From positions 1 to 64,000 of the forward strand of contig LT642146.1 of assembly GCA_900128585.1 (NCBI GenBank): a DNA stretch of 64,000 nt, in the 5' to 3' direction. Below are positions 28,768 to 39,180 of the stretch, in pieces. How positions within the stretch are numbered: the stretch's first letter is position 1; the number at the start of each line of letters is the position of its first letter. A program made the position numbers and the translations under genes. The notes below the pieces were generated by a model. It did not search any database. It worked only from the letters and a program-made list of their open reading frames with translations, and had not been told where the DNA came from. Origin of the DNA: Stramenopiles sp. TOSAG23-3 (lineage: Eukaryota).

Positions 28768-31700
28768 ATGGATAAGGAAATTCACAAAGTTTGCAACAAG
28801 CTGTTCAACCTGATAAGGAAGTCTACTGCCTCAAAGGTTAAGTTTTTTTTAAGTCCTGTAAATGTGCAACAGTACAAGGACTACACACAAATAGTGAAGA
28901 AGCCAATGGATTTGGGGACCGTAAAAAAAAAGCTTAACTCTGCCCATGTTTCGAAGTGCGAGTACAGTACTTTTGATGACTTTTGTGAAGATATGCGTCT
29001 TATTTTCACGAACTGCATGCTGTACAACGCAAAACAAAAAGACCAAAGCGACAGTATTTACGGTTGGGCGGCTGATTTTTTGAGAAATTTCAATGCTGGA
29101 GTAGAAAAAAACCAAGTTATAGTGGATACCCAGTTGTCAAAAATGACAAGGTACACGTTCCCAGAGTTTCCAATTTGCGAACAACTATGGAGCAAATTTA
29201 ATTCAAAAGCGTACGTTTTGTTTGCTGAACCCGTCCCGCTTGCCGACTACAAAGACTTTATAAGGCGCCCGATCTGTTTGGCAACAATCAAAGAAAAGAT
29301 GCAAACAGGGGCTTACAAGAGCTTCGAGGAGTTTGACGAAGACATGGTCCGGATTGGCACCAATTGTCTGCATTTTAATTACGACCCAGATAAACTACAA
29401 TCGTATCGGGACAGTGCGGTTGACTTCTTGGACAAATATGACAAATTCAAAGCTCAGCAGAAAGGCAAACTCAAACACGTCCTAAAGTCGCGGATGTTGG
29501 GATGTCGAAGAGCGTTGGACCTGTTTTTATTTCGAAATTATTCAAGCCCGGAGACAAACGTAGAAAAGATGAGCTTACCGTGGGTGCTCTCGTATATCCC
29601 CGACAACCCCAACGCGCCCGATAAGCCAGTATGCATTGGCGATGTGTCTGACAAACTGTACTCACGTCGGTACTCAAACTGTGACGAATTCGTAGCTGAC
29701 CTGCTGCATGTTCTGAGTGCAAGCAAACCGCCGTATTTAGCGTGGTCAAAACGCCCAGCAACGGTAGTGAAAGATAACGTGCAATATTTAACGGCCTTTT
29801 TGAGCGATTTGAAAGGCATAATTTCTTTACCGCATGGAGCTGATGGGCGGCCAATTCTTCCACATGACCTCTCCGAAAAATGGCCCACAGAGTGGTATCA
29901 CGATCTATCGAACAAGAGTTTTTCGCTCAATTCGAACAAGAGTTTGCTCAAAGTTCTCGATAAATTGGAGAGTGTGGACAAAAGCGCAGACGGTATAACA
30001 GTTACTTTCAAGTACCCCGTGGACGCGAAGTTAGCCCCAGGTTACGATACAGTAATAAAAGACAGACTGGACCTTACCACAATTCGTTGCCGTATCACGT
30101 CCGGGATTTGGTATTACTTCAGCGACCAGTTTCTTGCTGATATTGATTTGATTACACAGAATTGTAAAGACTACAACAGCCGGAACCCATATTACGTAAG
30201 CTTGGCACAACAGCTGAAAAAGGAGGCGAAATTAGCACACGATTACGTCAAGAACCAGGAGAAGAAGCTAAAGGCAGAAGCAGTAAAACTTGCTGAGCGA
30301 AAGGCAAAGGCTGAAAAGGCGGCTAAGAAGAAAGAGAGCACTACTGCTATTGCTGCGCGAGGCAGCAGTACCAAATTAGAGGTGCTCGGCACCAACCGAC
30401 CATCATTTAGCTTGAGACAGAAAGCAAAGGTCGTAACAGAGGCAACCAAGCCAGAAATTTCTAGGCCAAAGCGGAAAAGGTTCGAGGCGCCGGCCCCCAG
30501 GAAACGGACAAAGGTATCTGAAGTGCCCATGATATCAATGGATGTTGGACTTCCAGGAACAGCCGAGACTCCAGACAGTGCTGCAGTGGAACCTGAAGCT
30601 GCGCCAGTGTCAGAACCGGAACAGCCGTCGGTACCGCGGGCCGAGGTCTTTTCTGATGTAGGGACACACCAAGTGTTGAAAGCAGTGAAGAAAAAGAATC
30701 GCAAGAAAGAAAAGAAGCTTAGCCCGGAAGAAGAGCAATGCAAGCGTCTGTTCAACCGGTTGCACAAGGACGTAGTGGCAATTGATGGCATTGAATTGTC
30801 TGGGCACTACCACGACGTATGGAAGTTCAATTGGTCTCGTCCATTCCTATACCACCCGCTAGAGCAATACCCGCAAGAATCATTCAAAGCGATGTATTTG
30901 AAACGTGTACAAAAGCCGATTGCCCTGTATTTTGCAATGGAAGAAGGAAATGAAGCGGTGTACGACAAGTTAAGAACAGGAGAGTACGCAAAAATTGTCG
31001 CAGCGAACCCGTCTGGCCCTGGAGTGAAGGAACTGTTTGTAGAAGATGCGGTAAGGTGTTTCGAAAATGCGAAGGCTGCGAACAATGGGTTAGATCTCAC
31101 TTCGGAATGGATACGCATAAAAGCAAACCACTTTTTGATGTTGCTAAACCATCTGTCCTTGGAATCCATATTTTTGCGAGAAAGCAAGTTTGATGCGGAA
31201 AGAAACCGCCTCAGAAAAGAGCGAGAAGAGCACTTGTCTGGGCTTAGTTTGACGACAACGAAAACGTACGTGGATAGAATTACCGAATTTAGCGACAAAG
31301 TTCTTAACAAGCTGAAAAAGAAGAAGTACTTAGCGATCACGCACCAACATTGGAACACAACCAAAGAAGCCCTTGCCAACGTACCAGGTTACACGGATGT
31401 CATCAAAAGGCCCATGGATTTAGCATCTGTTCACGACACGTTGCAGAAGATGGGGTACGAAACCTACGGCGCGGTTCTTTCTGATATTCGATTATGTTTC
31501 TCCAATGCTCTCGATTATTGGGGCGACGAACAAAGAGGTGCTGCTATAGACAGAGATTTGGTGATTAAAAACGCAACCGATAGCTCTGCAGCATTTGAAG
31601 AAATTTGGGGATACGCATCCTGTCTCATATATGAATATGTGCTGAGAGAGGAAATTTTTAAAAAGATGGCCAAGCAGGAAAGAGAGGAAAAGGCAGAGGA

Positions 31701-32046
31701 GGAGCGGTTGCGGAAACAAAAGCAGGAAGAAAAAGAAGAAGCCGAAAGGAAGAGACAAGAAGAAAAAAAGAATCGAGACAAGGAGAAGTATACAGCCATA
31801 ATGGCCCAACTAAAAAAACGGGCCAAAAAGGATTCTGAATCTGAAGAGTCCGACAGCGACTCAGACGAAGAGGATTTTTGGTTACGCAATGTGTCCGAGA
31901 AAAAGACGAAGTTAGAGACCTGCGTTATCTCCAACCAGCTCAGAGAGAATTGGTCGCAGGCAAACCAAAATTGGATCACAAGTGGCTTTAAGGGCGACGA
32001 AATATTTGAGAGTCAAATCAATAATCTACGGGGAGGCGCAAAGTAA
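28768..32046 (+). CDS. Multi-bromodomain protein (six bromodomain-like units)
   Basis: KKPMDLGTV..NCMLYN; RRPICLATI..NCLHFN; KPVCIGDV (degenerate); PGYDTVIKDRLDLTTI..NCKDYN; QKPIAL..NAKAAN; PGYTDVIKRPMDL..NALDYW. First ATG is at 28768. Confidence 0.88.
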   Translation: MDKEIHKVCNKLFNLIRKSTASKVKFFLSPVNVQQYKDYTQIVKKPMDLGTVKKKLNSAHVSKCEYSTFDDFCEDMRLIFTNCMLYNAKQKDQSDSIYGWAADFLRNFNAGVEKNQVIVDTQLSKMTRYTFPEFPICEQLWSKFNSKAYVLFAEPVPLADYKDFIRRPICLATIKEKMQTGAYKSFEEFDEDMVRIGTNCLHFNYDPDKLQSYRDSAVDFLDKYDKFKAQQKGKLKHVLKSRMLGCRRALDLFLFRNYSSPETNVEKMSLPWVLSYIPDNPNAPDKPVCIGDVSDKLYSRRYSNCDEFVADLLHVLSASKPPYLAWSKRPATVVKDNVQYLTAFLSDLKGIISLPHGADGRPILPHDLSEKWPTEWYHDLSNKSFSLNSNKSLLKVLDKLESVDKSADGITVTFKYPVDAKLAPGYDTVIKDRLDLTTIRCRITSGIWYYFSDQFLADIDLITQNCKDYNSRNPYYVSLAQQLKKEAKLAHDYVKNQEKKLKAEAVKLAERKAKAEKAAKKKESTTAIAARGSSTKLEVLGTNRPSFSLRQKAKVVTEATKPEISRPKRKRFEAPAPRKRTKVSEVPMISMDVGLPGTAETPDSAAVEPEAAPVSEPEQPSVPRAEVFSDVGTHQVLKAVKKKNRKKEKKLSPEEEQCKRLFNRLHKDVVAIDGIELSGHYHDVWKFNWSRPFLYHPLEQYPQESFKAMYLKRVQKPIALYFAMEEGNEAVYDKLRTGEYAKIVAANPSGPGVKELFVEDAVRCFENAKAANNGLDLTSEWIRIKANHFLMLLNHLSLESIFLRESKFDAERNRLRKEREEHLSGLSLTTTKTYVDRITEFSDKVLNKLKKKKYLAITHQHWNTTKEALANVPGYTDVIKRPMDLASVHDTLQKMGYETYGAVLSDIRLCFSNALDYWGDEQRGAAIDRDLVIKNATDSSAAFEEIWGYASCLIYEYVLREEIFKKMAKQEREEKAEEERLRKQKQEEKEEAERKRQEEKKNRDKEKYTAIMAQLKKRAKKDSESEESDSDSDEEDFWLRNVSEKKTKLETCVISNQLRENWSQANQNWITSGFKGDEIFESQINNLRGGAK

Positions 32047-32257
32047 AATGTACGAGAGAAGCATTCATTAATGCACTTTGTACCGGCTGTGTGTTTTTTT
32101 TGTATTACAAAACTATTTTCGTTTAGTTAAGTGTATTAAAATTATTAGTTTTCGTACCAACATGTTTTCCAATTCGTTTTACTCGGACGCGGCTTCTTCA
32201 CCTAAGTTTTTCTTCTTTTTCGATTAAACTGGATTTTTGTTTGCGCTACATTATTTT

Positions 32258-32947
32258 TTAAAGAATAGACAATTGCATTACTAGCCAAACCGCAAGTGTC
32301 ACAACCGAGACAAATTCTCTGATGGCAACGTTTGTAAGACAACTCCCCTCCCCACCCCCGACTACAACTGTGTAATCATCGAAAAACGGTGGTTTGATAC
32401 TAGCATGGTTCAAGAAGTGGGTAGCATTATCAAATTCAAACTCAGGGATTATTGTTGGGCCGCTGCCGAGGTTGAGCCCACACTGGTAGTAGCTAGCTGT
32501 GTCCCATAACTTTTTTGCGAACTCTGAGCATACTTGTATTTTTTTTTGGGCCACATCAACGTACTTGAATTGCTTGTTGTTGCACCCCAGGCAGTAAAAG
32601 AACTCTAGGTCTGGAAAGGTTCGGATGCACGTAGTACTCATAAGCTGAGAATATTTGCTTGAAATAACTGCGTCATGGCCTGACTTGCAGCACGCTTCTT
32701 GGTTCCACTTGTAGCACTGGGCTAACGAAGGGTATGGCTTCGCAGGCTCCCCAAATGACTTGCATTTGCACTCTGCAAACGACTTGCCACTCGCGCAATT
32801 GGCAGCACAGTCTGAGGAGGTATCGGTAAGGTCTATGAAAGAGCTCTCCTTGTTTAACAGCTTGCAAGTACTTTTAGTAGTAAAACTCTGCACCAATACA
32901 GGGGCTGTAGCCACGGCTAATAGTAATACAATAGCAACGGAACGCAT
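32258..32947 (-). CDS. Folate-receptor-family (Folate_rec-like) Cys-rich surface protein, probably GPI-anchored
   Basis: Signal peptide, CYKWNQEACC, C..LEFFYCLGC, VCSEFAKKLW...C, hydrophobic C-terminal tail. Confidence 0.7.
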   Translation of the reverse strand: MRSVAIVLLLAVATAPVLVQSFTTKSTCKLLNKESSFIDLTDTSSDCAANCASGKSFAECKCKSFGEPAKPYPSLAQCYKWNQEACCKSGHDAVISSKYSQLMSTTCIRTFPDLEFFYCLGCNNKQFKYVDVAQKKIQVCSEFAKKLWDTASYYQCGLNLGSGPTIIPEFEFDNATHFLNHASIKPPFFDDYTVVVGGGEGSCLTNVAIREFVSVVTLAVWLVMQLSIL

Positions 32948-34202
32948 GTTTAGCAAAGAAAGTGAGTTCTTATCGGCTGGCCAATTGTTTGCATTTATCT
33001 GTAACAGACAGGTTTGCTTTAACTCTCGTTTTATCCTACGGTTTCCTTCGTTCCATGCACACGTAAGATTTTGTGAACGCAGTATACAACGCCAGTACTG
33101 AAACTGGTTCGAACTACAGTTTACTGATCTATCCCGCCAGGGCAGTAGTAGCTATTTACTAATAAAAATTAAACGAACACAAATAATACAGCATTAGATT
33201 TAGCAGGCCACAACAAGGGCATTGACGGTTTAATTCTTTCTCTTTGTCATGCCTCAGTTTCATCGTTGAACATTAACATTACACAGTGTGTGCGCATTTT
33301 AAAGAATTTAACAACTGAGGCGACAGCTCACAGCTCACAGCCAGGCCATCGATCGATCGCATCTTTAACAGCCAAAGAAAGATTTTACAAAGGTGACACA
33401 CCATTGAAACCAATGAAAACATTTGTCTAGTTGTGTATAATCGTATAATTTAATAAGCGATGTAAAATGGAATTCCTCACTGCTGGTTGTTTGGTTTAAA
33501 CCGACAAAGTTTTGATTTTTTATTATCTGATCTGATCTGTAGACTGTGTGAGAGTCGCATGCTGTTTTCCTTTGTTGTTTACAGTCTGTTGCATTCATTC
33601 ATAACAATCATTGCCAGGCACAAACGCCCGCAGCAAGTCAATATTACCTGTGGGTGGGGGCAAGCAAGCAAGCAAGCAAGCAACAGTGAGCAAATAGCTG
33701 TAGTAGTTGAAAACGGATTTTTATTTTAGTCGACGTCCACTTATTTTTAGAGCTCATCGTTCTACCTCGTATTCTGTTCATCCTGTTTTGCAGTACGGTA
33801 AAATATTATCTCGTTTCGTCTTCCACACATTAAATAATAAACAATCAATCACACAGTGTATATAATGAGAAAGGAATAATAACAATGTAATTACAAAGGT
33901 TCCAAAGTTCCTTTCGGTTGTTTGTAAAAAGTCCACAAAACGACAGACGAGTTTTGGATCACAAATGAATACAAGATTTTTTAATTTAAAAAAAAAACAA
34001 GCGAAAGTATATGTAGGACACAACATTAACGACGAGAAACGCATCTTTTACATAGCTTTTTATATAAAAATTTAAAAAGAGAATACTATTATAAATGATA
34101 CTTTGATAGGAAACATCTATAAGATATGTATGAATGTTATAATTAACATTTGACAATATTAAATAGATTACTATTAATACAGAATAACTAACCAGCTAAT
34201 TC

Positions 34203-34205
<3 letters not shown>

Positions 34206-34281
<76 letters not shown>

Positions 34282-34389
34282 NNNNNNNNNNNNNNNNNNN
34301 NNNNNNNNNNNNNNNNNNNNNNNNNNNNNNNNNNNNNNNNNNNNNNNNNNNNNNNNNNNNNNNNNNNNNNNNNNNNNNNNNNNNNNNNA

Positions 34390-34463
<74 letters not shown>
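34206..34463. repeat. (AAAG)n microsatellite spanning a 107-N assembly gap (34282-34388)
   Basis: Perfect aaag runs on both sides of the N run. Confidence 0.97.
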
Positions 34464-34464
<1 letters not shown>

Positions 34465-34879
34465 GAGCTTTCATAAAAAAAAAAAAGAGAAGAAGAAGAA
34501 AGAAAAAAAAGAAGAAGAAAAAATCATAATAAATAATATATACTTTAAATACTACTGTACGTACTAGTCGAAACAACGACGAACCTATAAAAAGCAATAT
34601 AAAATAAAATTCCTTCGTATTACAATTACAACGTGGTGTTATAATATTTAATAGCTAGTAGAAGAAAGAGGAGGAGAAGAAGAGACTACTAATAAATAAA
34701 AAAATAATAATAATAAAATTTCAAATTTCAAAAATAAATGCAATTTCTACTGTACGTGCCCTGAAATTAACATTTTAAGAAGAAACAATCTTACTCTGGA
34801 AGAAAAATTGCATTGAACACCCAGGCGAGAGAGAGAGAGAGAGCTAACATTAAGTTAATGAAAGTTTGCATTTTACGCC

Positions 34880-35716
34880 ATGGCTACTCTTGCCAATGAT
34901 ATTGAGGACACTACGGAGCAAGACATCGAAGCAGCTTTCGGGGGAAACTTCTCGGATGAGGAGGATAGCTCTGGGGATGAATCAGAGGCGGAAGTAGGAG
35001 AAGCATCTGGCAGCGTTGATGTAACAAGTGAATCTTGTAAAAAAAGGAGAAAGACGGGGGAAAGTCAGTACGTGAGTTCAGGCAATACAGCCATTGCAGG
35101 CAATACAACCAGTTCTTCTGTGGTTACCATCGTAGATAGTGGCGACGAGATTAACGTTGAAGAAGAGTTTGACGACGATGCAGAAGAGTTGGAGAGGCGA
35201 ACAAAGCTGGCCGTAATGGAATTGCGAAGGCAGCGACAGGCAGATCCCAGTGATGTTGTTGTAGTTGGCGACGAAGACAGCGACGACGAAGGGGAAGAAA
35301 TACAAATCTTGGAGACCACGACGAGTAGTAGCACGCCATCATTCTCGTACCCGACCATATTCCCCAGCACTAGTGCCCGAGAAGAAGGCGTTGACAACAT
35401 ATTTGAAACGGCTGCGGTACAAGCCGCCGCAACTGTTTCAAATTCTATGGTAGTAAATGTACAGATGCTGGCTGGCGAGAAGGAGGCATTTCCGGTGAAG
35501 ATGAAAAAGGAGGAAACCATCAAAGAATTGCAGGCTAAAATTGCAGCTCATCTGGGTTGCCGTTGCAATAAAATTGTTCTAAGTTTCGAAGGCGAAAATC
35601 TCACACGCCGCGGAAAGGCTACGGTAATGAGCCTGCTCGAGGACGATTCAGACTATGATGACGATGACGACGACGACGGGCCAATGGTCCAAATTGAATG
35701 CAAACGAAAAGATTAA
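34880..35716 (+). CDS. Acidic protein with SIM-like motifs and a C-terminal ubiquitin/SUMO-like domain (Rad60/NIP45-like architecture)
   Basis: VVTIVDSGDE, DVVVVGDEDSDDE, EIQIL. C-terminal VKMKKEETIKELQAKIA...IVLSFEGENL...TV.SL beta-grasp pattern without a terminal GG. Confidence 0.6.
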   Translation: MATLANDIEDTTEQDIEAAFGGNFSDEEDSSGDESEAEVGEASGSVDVTSESCKKRRKTGESQYVSSGNTAIAGNTTSSSVVTIVDSGDEINVEEEFDDDAEELERRTKLAVMELRRQRQADPSDVVVVGDEDSDDEGEEIQILETTTSSSTPSFSYPTIFPSTSAREEGVDNIFETAAVQAAATVSNSMVVNVQMLAGEKEAFPVKMKKEETIKELQAKIAAHLGCRCNKIVLSFEGENLTRRGKATVMSLLEDDSDYDDDDDDDGPMVQIECKRKD

Positions 35717-35774
35717 CTCTTCATGTACTTTTTAAATAATTAAAACCTGACAACCTCTCCCCTCTTCAAAGTGT

Positions 35775-37694
35775 TTACATAATCATTAGCAACGAGTCAA
35801 TGGCATCATCCACGTGCCCAATTGTTTTTGGTCGGCTATTCGGAGACACGTATAGGCTTTCCCCACTCGAGTTGAGGTCGTTTTCGTTTTCAGAACTTAA
35901 GACACCAGCGTTTCGAGCGCTCCCTGCACCAATCGTATGGCTCATGATCTCAGTAGGTTTGCTTGTAATTTCGGGTAAAAAATTCTCGCTTTTGGAAGTG
36001 CTTAGTTTCTGTGAAGGCGACGATCGCCACTTACTGCCCGTGGCCTGCTTTGCCCATGAGGCTGTCTCGCTAGAAAACTCATTTAGCATCTCCGCCGATG
36101 AAGAATCAAGCCTGTCTTCCGACCGAAACTCACAATATAACACAAATTCTACCAGTAAACCAGAATGATCTTGGGAATCATTTGGCACCCACAATGGCAA
36201 ATTGTTTCCCCCCTCTTCCTCGTTAACGTAAAAGTCATACCTCAACTCTCCCGGATAAACGGGGTCCCCACGCATTCGAGTAGGGTCCCCGTTTAGGTAA
36301 AACATTGCTTTACTGTCGTACACGCATGCGCCAGAAATGTTTGAATTTGATCCGAGCTTAGACACATCCACCAGTAACTTTCCTTTGCCTTTTATAGTTT
36401 CAATGGATAATTTTTCGTTATCGCGTACAAAGAATGTGACGGGACCACTTACGGGTGTAATCTCGTGAAAGCTTCTTTTGGTAAAAACGTTTCTGGAGAC
36501 TGGCCGCGGAGGTTCGTACGAGGCCATTCGTTTGCGGGGACGCACACTAGGAAGTTTTTGCTGGTCTTTCCAACCAGTTTTCTTTCGCCCCCCCACCCTG
36601 TTCGACCTGGGTTTTGCATTTGCTTTTATTGGCGCTTTGCTATGTTGCCTTTCTTCTTCTATTTTCCGCAAGGCTTCTTGCCGTTTTGCGTCTTGTTTCG
36701 TTTTTTCACTAGCGTTTTTTTCTCTCTTCGCCCTGTCTTTTCTTTTTCGGTCTGCAATCCGCTTCTCTGCCGCTTTTCTTGATTTTTCCAGTTCCATCGG
36801 AGTTAGCGATCCACGAACAGGCGACGTTGTCTTGCTCAAACGTTTTGTCTTTTGTCTATTGCTTCGAGCTTTTGGTATTTTGCTGGGGCGGGATGCAATC
36901 GCCATTAGCTTCTCTTCCCTCTCTTTTTCACTTATTATTTTTGTTTTAACGACTGACGGCGCCGGGGTTGGCGTGTTAAATGCGGCATCGACCCTAACTT
37001 TCAAAGCGGAGGTTATCGGGCCTTGTTTGTGCCACCACCGAACAAAATCACTTTCCTCTATTTTCCCCTTGTTCTCCAAGTCCAAATCTACCATCACTGC
37101 GTCTACTTGCTCAGGTAACATGCCCATTTTAAATGCACGGAACGCTTTCCCCAAGCTTGCTCGGTTAATCTCCCCCCTTTCGTGAAAGTCTATTGCTGCA
37201 AAAATGCTTTTCGCCATTGCTTCTCTACTCCTTTTCAGTTCGTTGTAGTTTTGAAGTAAAATGGCTGTGTATGGCCCTTTCAGCCCCCACCATTCCAAAA
37301 ACTCATCTAACTCTATTTCGCCGTCACCATTTTCATCTATATTTAACATAAGGTCTATCACCTGTTGTTCTGTGAAACCAGCGTTAAGCATCGAAAGGGC
37401 GCGGCCCAGCGCGTTTATGTCGACAGCGCCAGTTTTCTCAACGTCAATCATGTTGAAAATGCTCGTTGCCAGTTTCTGCTCAAGTTCTGATAAAATTGCC
37501 CCCTCCCCATCCATTTCCTCAGTTTCCGGGACTGTTTCAACTGGTTCTTGGGCACCAAAAAAATACTTACTTACATTATCGACAGGAAGCAGTTTAAACC
37601 TAATATCCAGATACTTTTTATGTTTTTGACTCAGAGCATCGTTGCCGTAAGAGGGCAGCAGTTTGCTTCGTACCTCCAAATAACTTTTGAGCAT
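35775..37694 (-). CDS. EF-hand (4 loops) protein with basic coiled-coil region; start uncertain
   Basis: DVEKTGAVDINAL, DENGDGEIELDEF, DFHERGEINRASL, DLENKGKIEESDF. First in-frame ATG is at 37694 and the frame is open a little further upstream. Confidence 0.8.
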   Translation of the reverse strand: MLKSYLEVRSKLLPSYGNDALSQKHKKYLDIRFKLLPVDNVSKYFFGAQEPVETVPETEEMDGEGAILSELEQKLATSIFNMIDVEKTGAVDINALGRALSMLNAGFTEQQVIDLMLNIDENGDGEIELDEFLEWWGLKGPYTAILLQNYNELKRSREAMAKSIFAAIDFHERGEINRASLGKAFRAFKMGMLPEQVDAVMVDLDLENKGKIEESDFVRWWHKQGPITSALKVRVDAAFNTPTPAPSVVKTKIISEKEREEKLMAIASRPSKIPKARSNRQKTKRLSKTTSPVRGSLTPMELEKSRKAAEKRIADRKRKDRAKREKNASEKTKQDAKRQEALRKIEEERQHSKAPIKANAKPRSNRVGGRKKTGWKDQQKLPSVRPRKRMASYEPPRPVSRNVFTKRSFHEITPVSGPVTFFVRDNEKLSIETIKGKGKLLVDVSKLGSNSNISGACVYDSKAMFYLNGDPTRMRGDPVYPGELRYDFYVNEEEGGNNLPLWVPNDSQDHSGLLVEFVLYCEFRSEDRLDSSSAEMLNEFSSETASWAKQATGSKWRSSPSQKLSTSKSENFLPEITSKPTEIMSHTIGAGSARNAGVLSSENENDLNSSGESLYVSPNSRPKTIGHVDDAIDSLLMIM

Positions 37695-38089
37695 TTTTTT
37701 CCAGAAAGAGTCGACGGCGAGATTTCCCCTTACTTCAAGCAACTGCTTTCTATATACCTTTATTTACTACAGAACAATGCAAAGTATTCCCAACCCTAAA
37801 AAATTGGTACTGTTCTTGAATAACGTTGGTATTTATCTGTTCAAGAATCTGGTCTACATCGAACGTCCGCGCGAACGTTATTAATATTAGCTATAATAAT
37901 AAATAATAATAATAAATAATAATAATATAAAATGAGAAGAAGAAGAAAAAAGAAGATGAATAGGAGGAGGAGCGAGGACTCCTTTTATTTTATACTGCTA
38001 ATATAAGTTAACTAACACGACGACTGTTTCTATTGTTGAGCCTTCCTTCGGTAGTCTATGTACCCGCACCTTTTCATTTGATCTGTTTG

Positions 38090-38246
38090 TTCTCCGTTCC
38101 TGGTATTAATACCTGGTACCGAACCAAGTATTTAGAACATTCGCACCGTACTGACTCGCTACCGGTAATACCAGGTACCCACCCAGGTATTATAGGAAGG
38201 AACCAGGTACGGTACGATAGAAGGAGATCGATGTACGTACCAAGGT
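38090..38246. repeat. GTAC/GGTACC-rich micro-palindrome tract
   Basis: ccgttcctggtattaatacctggtaccg...accggtaataccaggtacccacccaggtatt; same vocabulary as 16500-16560 and 18561-18740. Confidence 0.7.
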
Positions 38247-38669
38247 ATAATCAGAAGGGAAAATATTTTACCCAACGCACAACAACCGAAACCTCACTTA
38301 ACGAAAATCACTTCCCCGGTCTCTTCATAGGGTAACCGTCGTATTGTAGAATTCAATGTACTATTATAAAAAGTACAGCGACAATGCTGCTCACCGCAAC
38401 CTGCACTAACAGTAACATTTTTAACAATGTCATAGCATCATCATGCAAGAAACCCTCAGCGCAAGTACTGCATCGAGCTGCTTCCTTAATACGATTGCAT
38501 TGGAGTCTAAGGCAGAGTAATAAATATGGGAAATAGTAGCAAACGTTACGGAGCCAACGTAAACCTATCTTGACCTATATACGCCAACTAAGGTTATTAT
38601 TCCAAGATCGTGTCTCTTCTGCTCTTCTGCCAGCAAGATAGAGCTTTACTATTAAAAATTGAACTAAAA

Positions 38670-38968
38670 CCTTCTTCTTTCTTCTTCTTCTTCTTTATCT
38701 TCTTCTTCTTTCTTCTTCTTCTTCTTCTTCTTTATCTTCTTTATCTTCTTCTTCTTCTTCTTCTTCTTCTTCTTCTTCTTCTTCTTCTTCTTCTTCTTCT
38801 TCTTCTTTTTTTTTTCTTCTTCTCTTCTTCTTCTTCTTCTTCTTCTTCTTTTCTTTTTCTTCTTCTTCTTCTTCTTCTTCTTCTTCTTCTTCTTCTTTCT
38901 TTTTTCTTTTTTTCCTTCTTTTTTTTTCTTTCTTCTTCTTCTTCTTTCTCCCCCCCCCCCCCTTCTTC
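38670..38968. repeat. (CTT)n polypyrimidine microsatellite
   Basis: About 300 bp of degenerate ctt repeats ending in a poly-C run. Confidence 0.95.
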
Positions 38969-39180
38969 GCCATTTAATGTCGCTAGTACCCCGCAGCAGT
39001 TGTTCACACAAATGGTATTAGGAGTGCGTGTTGATATTTCAAACCCGATTGAGATTGCACAGAGTTTTCATCGCAATTACATATGTCATGCTCGTGTGAT
39101 TGCACTTTCAGATTCCAAAGCTGCAGCACAAAGATGATTAAATAGTAAGCAGGCTTGCTTTTGCTAGTCAAAACAATATA

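Noticed and set aside
34196-34597. ORFs across the (AAAG)n tract
   Set aside because: Microsatellite and N-gap translation products.
38610-39137. Poly-L/K/E/R ORFs
   Set aside because: Translations of the (CTT)n tract.
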